Positions 1-7,440 of a stretch of DNA of 64,000 bases are shown piece by piece. Numbering within the stretch: the stretch's first letter is position 1; each line of letters begins with the position of its first letter. The translations under genes and the position numbers were made by a program. A model generated the notes under the pieces. The model worked only from the letters and a program-made list of their open reading frames with translations, made no database searches and was not told where the DNA came from. Source of the DNA: Allosphingosinicella sp. (GTDB lineage: Bacteria > Pseudomonadota > Alphaproteobacteria > Sphingomonadales > Sphingomonadaceae); contig DATDAS010000047.1 in NCBI GenBank assembly GCA_036525315.1, positions 61,497-125,496 of the forward strand. Reading direction: 5' to 3'.

Positions 1-256
1 GAAAAGCGCGTAGTGTGGAAGCGGCTCCGCTTCCGCTGCCGGACTGGACGACCGCCTCAGCGCCGAGGAATGGGCCCGGCGCCGGGAAGCGCAGGTCCGC
101 GAAAGGCAGGGCTGATAGCCAAGGGCGACGACGCGAGCGCGAAGGAGCACAGGGCGTTCGGGATTAGGCGACAAAACGATAGAGGGAGACACATCTCAGG
201 CCGCCGCTTCGAGCGGCATGAACCTCTTTAGATATTGATTTATAAAGGAATCGTCC

Positions 257-283
257 TGCAACAAAATTGCTCATTTTGTTGCA
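257..283. promoter_or_regulatory. Perfect inverted repeat TGCAACAAAAT-N5-ATTTTGTTGCA; candidate operator or hairpin upstream of the three-gene cassette
   Basis: 257-267 is the exact reverse complement of 273-283. It lies in the most AT-rich stretch of the window (about 225-300), about 280 bp upstream of ORF 564. Function cannot be shown from sequence. Confidence 0.35.
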
Positions 284-563
284 TCGACAGTCTAATCCAG
301 AGGGAACGCCTGCTTCCGGGAACCGGCATAATCGGTGCGGACGACCGGCATTGGCGCAAAGCGGCTGCTCCACGCAAGGACCGCATCTGGCCGATTGCAG
401 TCCGACCGCTTTTAAGCAGAGACGTAATAAAGCGGCCACTCGAACCGGCCAACTGGTCCAAGCCAATTTCGACATCGAAAACCTTGTGGAATCATGCTCG
501 AACGTGTGACACGTGCTTTACGGACACTAAGCTGAAACTGATTTCTCTCGCGCGGACTCTGTA

Positions 564-3065
564 TTGCAACCTTTCGATATCGTGCAGGGAGCTCAATCGC
601 CGGCGAGCCCGCGGGTGTTCGTCATTGGCGCTTTCGACAGCCGTATCACTTTCTATGCTCAGCAGGTTCGCGCGCTCGAACTGATATACGCGCTGCGAAA
701 CCAAGCCATTTTGCAGGATACCCATCGTGTTGCAGTAGTTGGCGCCGGAGCCGCAGGCCTGAGCGCTGCCGCTGCGATCGCCCTGCTGTCCAAGGCCAGG
801 GTCGATCTATTTGAGCGTTCCGACGAAGTGCTTCCTCTCCAGCGCGCAAGCCAGCTGCGCCACCTCGATCCGCACATCTATGCGTGGCCGGCGATTGGCA
901 GCGACGATCCTGCGGCCGAACTGCCGATGCTGGACTGGACTGCAGGCCCGGCTGCCACGGTCCGGCAGGACGTGAAGCTGGAGTTCGAGAATGTCGTGGG
1001 ACTGTGCCAGCAGCGAATTCGCGTCAATTTGCGACACGAGGTCACGGAATCCGGTCTTGCAGGCGGCAAACCTCAGCTGATTTTCAGGCGCGATCCGCAC
1101 GTGGGAGAGGCTGGTGACGGTCCCGATCTGAGGGTGTCAGCGCAGGCCACCTTCGACCTCGTCATTCTCGCATTCGGATTTGGCCTTGAGCCTGCCCATA
1201 CGCCGGCCGGCGCAACCGTAAGCTACTGGAGCGATGCAAGCGTGCCCATGGTCGAATTCCAGGGCCGGGCGACTCCGCGCTTTCTGGTAAGCGGCAACGG
1301 GGACGGCGGTCTTATCGATCTCGTGGCCGCTGCAAGCGCAGACTTCGACCACGCGGGCATGATCCAGCAGATAGCAAATCAGGCTGGTATCGACGCAATA
1401 TTCGAGCGACTGGAGGCCATCGACAGGGAGGCCCAAGCGGCGTTTGATGTTGGCAACGGCTTTGATTTCCCGGCTGCTTACGATGCGAGCATTCGGGATG
1501 ATCTGGAGCAGCTGGGGCTGTTTGAACTGGTTACGAACCGGCTCCGCCCTGGTGTCAGACTCACGCTTCAGACACTGGGCCCGGAGGCATTCACTATTCA
1601 GACGGCCAGGCTCAACCGCCTTGCAGCCTATCTCGTCCTGCGCGCCTGCGAAACGAAGGCCCAGACCGAATTCACCCATATTCATGGGAATGATCTGACA
1701 CCGACTGCGGCGCCCTTCCCTCAACCTTACCCGGCCCCGCTCTGGTTCCAGTGCAGCGGCACGACCTTTGGAGTCGATGCTGCAATCATTCGCCACGGTC
1801 CGGATCGGTCGGGCGCGCGCCTACCATTCACGGAGCTGCTCGGAGATTATGCCACCACGCATAAGGCCTGGTTGAAGCTCCACGGCGAAGCCGTCAGGAT
1901 TCCAGCGATTTCACCGGCTGCCAGGGAAGCACTTGTGATCGCGGCCCGGCAGGCAGGGCTACCGCTACCGCTCTATCAGCAACGCCAGCTCCAGTTGCAG
2001 CAGCCGCGACGTATCAGAGTGCAACCGGCCGGTGCTGTCCTCAGATGGTCCGGCGATCTTGCGTCCGCTGCGATAGGGGACCTCTGGGCGACGCCAACGC
2101 CGCCGGTCAACATTTACGTTCCCTCTCCTCCCGACCAGCTGGGCGACGTCGCTGGCGCGATTGTCCGCTTCGCATTGCATTCCAGCCGAGCGACTCTGAT
2201 CGCCAGTCCAGGTGACTGGCGCACATTCATGGATCCGCTGACTACGGGATCGGCGCATGCCGAGCATCTGGCCCCCCCGGCGATCGAGGCCGGGGCACCG
2301 GCTGGCGCCACGCAAAATGTCGAACAGAGCGGCTCGGCTAACTTTGCTTTGGTGCTGCACGGTGCGTTGAACGCCTGGGTACTTAATGCGGCGAACCAGA
2401 CATTAGGTGATTTCATCGGAACCGGACGTGACCCGGGCCAAACAATCGGCTTCCCCGCTGCCCCCGATCTTCGGGTTCGCATGGGTGAGATCTGGGCTGG
2501 GTGGCATGCGCAACTGGCCGCGACGCCGGAACTTCTGGATCGCTTCCTTCGCCTAATGGTGTGCGCCGAAGATCGCGATGAAGGGCTCGACGAGGCGCGT
2601 GTTCTGATCGGACCTCGCAAACTTCCTTCGATCACCAGGGGGATAGCCGCGGCGCTGGCGGTTGCCTCGGCCTGGCCTGACACGCTGCCCCATGACGTTC
2701 GACCCGGCAATCTCTCCCGAATGCCTGGCGGAGGCGAGCAGAAATGCGGTCATGTCTGTGGTGCGGAACGCATCGCGCGCGAGCCCACGGCAATCGCCGC
2801 CGCCACATTCATGTGGAGAACGCACTTCGTCATCCTGTCTCAGCTGACGACGCCGATCGCCATCGCGGAACAGGCGGAGGTGGGAATCGGCGAAATCGGG
2901 CAGGCGCAACCCGGACTCGATGAGGCCACTGGCGCCGGCGGCCTGTTTCTGACGCTGGACGCCGCCTTCCGCACGGCCGCTGGCACGGGGCTGGCTGACC
3001 TCATCGCCCTTCTGAACACCGCGGAAACAGATTATTTTCAGCGGCTCGCCGCTGCAGCAGCCTAG
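564..3065 (+). CDS. Large protein with a two-dinucleotide-binding-domain flavoprotein-like N-terminus and a C-terminal ~380 aa with no recognisable motif; candidate effector (LmuA-like position) of a Lamassu/ABC-3C-type system
   Basis: 833-aa ORF. It carries VAVVGAGAAGLSAAAAIALLSKARVDLFER (GxGxxG followed by an acidic residue, a classic FAD/NAD(P) beta-alpha-beta motif), FDLVILAFGFG (an ATG-like motif) and FLVSGNGDGGLIDLV (a second GxGxxG-like motif). The stop TAG 3063-3065 overlaps the SD of the next gene. The start is uncertain: TTG 564, GTG 582 and GTG 615 are all possible. Confidence 0.7.
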   Translation: MQPFDIVQGAQSPASPRVFVIGAFDSRITFYAQQVRALELIYALRNQAILQDTHRVAVVGAGAAGLSAAAAIALLSKARVDLFERSDEVLPLQRASQLRHLDPHIYAWPAIGSDDPAAELPMLDWTAGPAATVRQDVKLEFENVVGLCQQRIRVNLRHEVTESGLAGGKPQLIFRRDPHVGEAGDGPDLRVSAQATFDLVILAFGFGLEPAHTPAGATVSYWSDASVPMVEFQGRATPRFLVSGNGDGGLIDLVAAASADFDHAGMIQQIANQAGIDAIFERLEAIDREAQAAFDVGNGFDFPAAYDASIRDDLEQLGLFELVTNRLRPGVRLTLQTLGPEAFTIQTARLNRLAAYLVLRACETKAQTEFTHIHGNDLTPTAAPFPQPYPAPLWFQCSGTTFGVDAAIIRHGPDRSGARLPFTELLGDYATTHKAWLKLHGEAVRIPAISPAAREALVIAARQAGLPLPLYQQRQLQLQQPRRIRVQPAGAVLRWSGDLASAAIGDLWATPTPPVNIYVPSPPDQLGDVAGAIVRFALHSSRATLIASPGDWRTFMDPLTTGSAHAEHLAPPAIEAGAPAGATQNVEQSGSANFALVLHGALNAWVLNAANQTLGDFIGTGRDPGQTIGFPAAPDLRVRMGEIWAGWHAQLAATPELLDRFLRLMVCAEDRDEGLDEARVLIGPRKLPSITRGIAAALAVASAWPDTLPHDVRPGNLSRMPGGGEQKCGHVCGAERIAREPTAIAAATFMWRTHFVILSQLTTPIAIAEQAEVGIGEIGQAQPGLDEATGAGGLFLTLDAAFRTAAGTGLADLIALLNTAETDYFQRLAAAAA

Positions 3066-3074
3066 GAGGATCCT

Positions 3075-3779
3075 ATGAGCGTCGATGCCCTGACGCCCTC
3101 GGAGGCGATACTGGAAGAACTTTTCGAGCGACTGGCTTGCGTGGCGAAGAAGCTTGATCTGGTGGTCGCCGACGCCTCAGCGCTGACGGAGAATGTTTTT
3201 CTGGGCGGCGGGGGGAGCGAGGTTGCACGACTGTCCCCGAGCGAGCTGCCGAGCCCTGTTCGTGCAATCAGTATCGGACGATACACCGTAATGCTGGGAA
3301 TGCTGCCGGAACAGCCGAGCCTGGAAGCGGTCACGGAAACTCTCAGGCGATTCCGCAACCAGTGCGTGATCGCGCGTTCCTATCTGTCGCCGGGCGAAGT
3401 CCTCGACCTTAATGGGATTCTGGTCGGCCCCAGAGGAAGCGAGCCGGTTGATGACTGGCGCCCTCTGGCGCTTCTGGTGGAGCGCGACGACAAGGTGGCA
3501 CGAAAATTCGCCTGGCTCAGACCCACCGACCCGGCGGCGGATGACGCAAGTTTCGAGGATCTGATCAAGCGGACCTTTATGGCCCGCCCATGGGTCAATG
3601 AGTCCACCTTCACCATGGCAGCGCTCGACAATCTCAACCGGGCGGCCGCCATGTGGGATGCATCGGTCCCTCGGGGCACCGTCGATGAATGGGTAAACCT
3701 CAGCCTGAACCCTCCCGAAGACGCCGATACGCTGGTGGACAGGCTGGTCGGTACTTGGGCACGGAGGGGGCAGGCATGA
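3075..3779 (+). CDS. Small (234 aa) protein with no recognisable motif; candidate middle component (LmuC / ABC-3C MC position)
   Basis: ATG 3075 is preceded by AGGAGGA (3064-3070). Its stop overlaps the next start as ATGA (3776-3779). The role is assigned from position and size only, with no motif support. Confidence 0.65.
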   Translation: MSVDALTPSEAILEELFERLACVAKKLDLVVADASALTENVFLGGGGSEVARLSPSELPSPVRAISIGRYTVMLGMLPEQPSLEAVTETLRRFRNQCVIARSYLSPGEVLDLNGILVGPRGSEPVDDWRPLALLVERDDKVARKFAWLRPTDPAADDASFEDLIKRTFMARPWVNESTFTMAALDNLNRAAAMWDASVPRGTVDEWVNLSLNPPEDADTLVDRLVGTWARRGQA

Positions 3780-6700
3780 GCGAGCTGTTCCTCAATTCTG
3801 TCCTCATCAAGGACTTCCGCACTTTCGGAAACTTCGAAGCCGAGATCGTGCCGGCTCCCGGACTCACGCTTCTTGTGGGGACCAACGGCTTGGGCAAGAG
3901 CAACTTTTTCGATGCGCTCGAATGGGGGCTGACCGGACAGGTCAGGCGTTTCAAGCGTCATATGGGCTCCGTAGACGAGGGACGATATCTCACGCGCAGG
4001 ACCCTGAAAGCGGGAAGCCATAGTGTCGCTCTGACTTTCAGCGACAACTCTCTACTGCAGCGCAGTCGCTCGGTGAAACCTACCTCGGCAAAAGTGGTCG
4101 AGTTGCTCAAAAGCCCGGAATGGACGGCTCCGATCGAAGATATCGGGACCTATCTGGCCTTCACGCATTTTCTCGGGCAGGCATCGGAGCAACGCTTCAC
4201 CAGTCGCGACCGGAACGAGCAATGGGCCTCGCTGCGAGGACCAAGTGGGATCGACCGACTTGACGAAGTCCGGAAGGGCCTGCGCGGGCGCGCGACCGAA
4301 ATGGCGTTCAACCGGCGCATCAGGCAGGAAAAAGAAGCGATTGCGGAGATCCAGCGGCTGATTGCGGAGTGGGACGCCTGGACCTCTCGCCTCAGGCTGC
4401 TGCGCGATGCCGCGGAAGCAACCGGTGTGATCTCTTCCGGTGATTTCGATCAACGCCTGTCGTCGCTAATCAGAAATGTGCGCGAGCGCGCACCCGAGTA
4501 TCGCGACCAACCAGACGCTGGTCTTCCCGATCGATTGACTGGGGTAATCGCAGCCCTGGACTCGCTTCAGCAGCAAAACACCGAACGGACCAGCCTCGTC
4601 CACTCGCTTGAGGATCTGCCCCAGCGATATGCCGTGCATCTGGCCGGGATCGGCTCCGAGGACCCAGCATATGCGGCTGCAGTCTCGGCTGCGGGATCGG
4701 CGAAGGATGAGCTGACCGCTCGTGCTCAGGCGGCGGCCGAAGCTCGCGAAGCGCTGGAGCACGCAACTCGCAATGTTGCGGCCCTGGAAACTGAAATAAC
4801 CCGCCTCGACACCGCACGCTCGGATCTCGAGGCGGCAAACGCGGCCGCAGCTCAGATCGAGCAGGCGAATAAGGAGCTTTCTCAGGCGACTGAACGGGCC
4901 TCGCAACTCCAGGGCGACCTTGGCTCGGCAAGGATTGAGATGGAGGGCGTAGACGAGCGCGCTGTGACCCTGGCGAACCTCACCGCGTCTCTCGCAGAGG
5001 CGCAGAGGATTTCGAAACTCGCCAGTCGCTTGTCCGCACTGAGGAGCAAGGCTGCCGCCAGCGCAGCACTCCGGTCCGAGGCCGAGGAGCGCGCCCGGAC
5101 AGCACAAGAGCTGCTGGCAGCGTTAATCCCCGAGAAGTCTGCATTTTCTGCGAGCCTTGAAGCCGCACGAGCTTCGCTGGAAGCAGTGCAGGTCCACGCG
5201 TCGGAAATGGCGTCCGCGCTTGCCGCCATCGCAGCCCATATCCACGAGAGCGACACCGATTGTCCGGTTTGCCGCACGTCATTCCAAAGGGGCCAGCTGA
5301 AGCGCCTCGCCGAAGAGACGGTCAATGTCCAGAATCCCGCGCTGGCGATGGCGACCGCGCGGGTCGCGGAACTGGAAGGGACGATTTCGCAGCAGACACA
5401 GCGGATCGTCGAGGCAGAAGAGCTTGTGCGGGCCGGGGAGGAAGTGGCCCGCACAGCGGAAGCAGACCAGCGCGAGCTGCAGGACGTCGAGCTCCAGATT
5501 CGAGCCACACTGTCGCCTGATGTGGCTGACCTGGAGACTGCCGTCGCCGCCAGCCTGAGAAGAGCGTCTGAGGCGGTTGCCGCAGCCCGAAGCGCGGATG
5601 CCCAGGATCAGGCCCGGAAATCTGAGCTGGCCTCACGGATCGAAACGCTTCAACAGGACATCGCGCGCGCAAACGAGGCGAATGAAAACCTGCGCGAACA
5701 TCTTACGGCGTTGGCCTCCTCGCGAAGGTCGGCCCTGGAGCGACTGACGGCGCTGGGATATTCGAATGCCGAGGCCCAGCGCATCAGTGCTGATCTCGCA
5801 TCTGCGAGAACCCGCCATTCGGAGGCGGTCGCTAGAAAAGCTGACGACGAGCTACTGCAGCGCCAGGCAGCAGAGGCGGAAAAAAACGCAAAAACACGGA
5901 AAGAACAGGCAGACGAGGCATTGCGCCGGCTGGTCGCCGAACGCGAAGCGGCTCGCGCTGCGGCAGATGCGCTGCGGAAGCGATGGAATCAGGCGGGTCT
6001 GGATGGCGCTCCGGACGCAGCGGCGCTGGAGGCCGGACTGTCACAGCTTCAGGAAGTATCGCGTGACATTCAGCGACTCGGCACTGAGCGAACGACTTTG
6101 GGCGCTGCCTACGAGGCGCTGGTCCGTAGCCGTGATCTGCAGGAGCTGACGGCCCAGATGCAGAAGGTGGGTGGCGCCGAAGCGGCGGATGCGCCGGAGC
6201 GGCATGCTCAGAGCCTGCGAGATCGTCTTGAAGTGGCCAGTCAGAAGCTTCGCACCAGCGAGGAAGCGCATACGGCAGCGAGCGGGCTTGCTGACAGGCT
6301 TCAGGAGGAAGCGAGGAACTTCTCGACGCAATTCCTGACCCCTCTGAACGGGCTCATCGACGATTTCAACGAAGCGCTCCTCAGCACACCCGGCGAATCT
6401 GTTCATCTCAACGCAGCACATCACAAGGACCGGACACAGTTCGACATGGGTCTCCGCTACCGGGACGAAATCGACGATATCCTGTTCGACACCAACCTTC
6501 CTCCGTCCGTTGTACTCAGCGAAGGACAGCTCGCGGCCAATGGCTTCAGCATTCTGTGCTCGGCGAGCACGGCATATCCCTGGTCGCGCTGGCGTGCCCT
6601 TCTGATGGATGACCCTCTCCAGCATAACGACATCATTCACGCCGCTGCGTTCGTCGACCTGATGCGCAATCTGGTCGAGCTGCAGAAATATCAGCTCATC

Positions 6701-6880
6701 ATGTCGAGCCATGATCGTGGCGAGACAGAGTTCATCCGGCGCAAGTTTGATGCGGCAGGCCTCCCTTGTTCAGTGGTGACGCTTACCGCACCTTCGCGCT
6801 CAGGGGTTCGATACTTGGCGCCCGACCATAATCGCGCGGCAGAAGAGGCACTCGCACAGAGACTGGCGCAGTCGGCTTAG
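3776..6880 (+). CDS. Rad50/SMC-type ABC ATPase with a long coiled coil and central CxxC hook (LmuB / ABC-3C ATPase-like)
   Basis: Walker A is LLVGTNGLGKSNFFDALEWGLTG (GTNGLGKS at 3878-3901). About 650 aa of A/E/R/L/Q-rich coiled-coil-like sequence follow, with CPVC at 5261-5272 near the middle. The C-terminus has the signature-like LSEGQ, Walker B ALLMDDP and H-loop MSSHD. ATG 3776 (GGAGGGGG upstream, ATGA overlap) is preferred over the longest-ORF start at 3689. Confidence 0.85.
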   Translation: MSELFLNSVLIKDFRTFGNFEAEIVPAPGLTLLVGTNGLGKSNFFDALEWGLTGQVRRFKRHMGSVDEGRYLTRRTLKAGSHSVALTFSDNSLLQRSRSVKPTSAKVVELLKSPEWTAPIEDIGTYLAFTHFLGQASEQRFTSRDRNEQWASLRGPSGIDRLDEVRKGLRGRATEMAFNRRIRQEKEAIAEIQRLIAEWDAWTSRLRLLRDAAEATGVISSGDFDQRLSSLIRNVRERAPEYRDQPDAGLPDRLTGVIAALDSLQQQNTERTSLVHSLEDLPQRYAVHLAGIGSEDPAYAAAVSAAGSAKDELTARAQAAAEAREALEHATRNVAALETEITRLDTARSDLEAANAAAAQIEQANKELSQATERASQLQGDLGSARIEMEGVDERAVTLANLTASLAEAQRISKLASRLSALRSKAAASAALRSEAEERARTAQELLAALIPEKSAFSASLEAARASLEAVQVHASEMASALAAIAAHIHESDTDCPVCRTSFQRGQLKRLAEETVNVQNPALAMATARVAELEGTISQQTQRIVEAEELVRAGEEVARTAEADQRELQDVELQIRATLSPDVADLETAVAASLRRASEAVAAARSADAQDQARKSELASRIETLQQDIARANEANENLREHLTALASSRRSALERLTALGYSNAEAQRISADLASARTRHSEAVARKADDELLQRQAAEAEKNAKTRKEQADEALRRLVAEREAARAAADALRKRWNQAGLDGAPDAAALEAGLSQLQEVSRDIQRLGTERTTLGAAYEALVRSRDLQELTAQMQKVGGAEAADAPERHAQSLRDRLEVASQKLRTSEEAHTAASGLADRLQEEARNFSTQFLTPLNGLIDDFNEALLSTPGESVHLNAAHHKDRTQFDMGLRYRDEIDDILFDTNLPPSVVLSEGQLAANGFSILCSASTAYPWSRWRALLMDDPLQHNDIIHAAAFVDLMRNLVELQKYQLIMSSHDRGETEFIRRKFDAAGLPCSVVTLTAPSRSGVRYLAPDHNRAAEEALAQRLAQSA

Positions 6881-7440
6881 GGATGACGGTTTGGATGTGC
6901 TTGCGGGCCAATGCCTTCCGCGACCTTCGCACGGACAAAGGATTGATTGCTCCCAGTGTCTGATTACGTCACCCGCCGGCTGACCCATCACGACGAGGAA
7001 GAGTAGGCAGCCCTCGTCCCGGAAAGCGAGCTGCCGCATCAACTACTGCCGCTGGTAACAGTCGCGCGCGGCGCGCCTCGTCCAGCTGCGTAGCGCTGGC
7101 TGCTCGCTTTGAGGAGCGGTCGGCCACTGATGCGGGCTTACGGGCCTCTCGCATTGGATTTTTGCTAGCGAATGCGCATGCCGTTCTCGTCGGCCCAGAA
7201 TCGCGCCGCCAGCTGACCGACGGCTTATGGGGTCGTTGGCCGACAGACCGAACGGCGACAATGGGCGCAATGAGACATCCCATGCCGTGGCGCGAGCCCT
7301 CAAATGACCGATCTCTGAGATCGCCAAGCTTTTGACGTTTTGGGACCCTTCAAAGTCGCCGAACAGCCGCCTTGCTTGAAGAAGCGCGGCCCCTCCCTTA
7401 ATGACCCCCTGCTGCAATGCAGCGCAGCCAGGGTCGCATC

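Noticed and set aside
1-231. Possible 3' end of a gene entering from the left edge (frame 2 reads ...LSAEEWARRREAQVRERQG stop at about 107-109) and the 72-aa ORF 13-231.
   Set aside because: Too short and motif-free. There is an in-frame stop at 11-13, so no supportable call.
3689-3775. Longest-ORF start (3689) for the SMC-like ATPase, which would overlap gene 2 by 91 nt.
   Set aside because: The extension encodes Arg/Gly-rich text (MGKPQPEPSRRRRYAGGQAGRY). ATG 3776 has a strong SD and a classic ATGA overlap, and it places the Walker A motif at the usual distance of about 35 aa from the N-terminus.
7043-7417. Possible decayed tyrosine-recombinase (P4-type integrase) C-terminus on the minus strand (IGHLRARATAWDVS ... 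RRSAGGAILGRRERHAHSLA vaguely resembles HGFRxxxxxW ... Y.R.DLLE.RR.LM..WA).
   Set aside because: The resemblance is weak, the spacing of the His/Arg residues does not fit, there is no catalytic Tyr context and no adjacent tRNA. It cannot be supported without a BLASTX or HMM search, so it is kept only as a hint that the spacer may be an integration scar.
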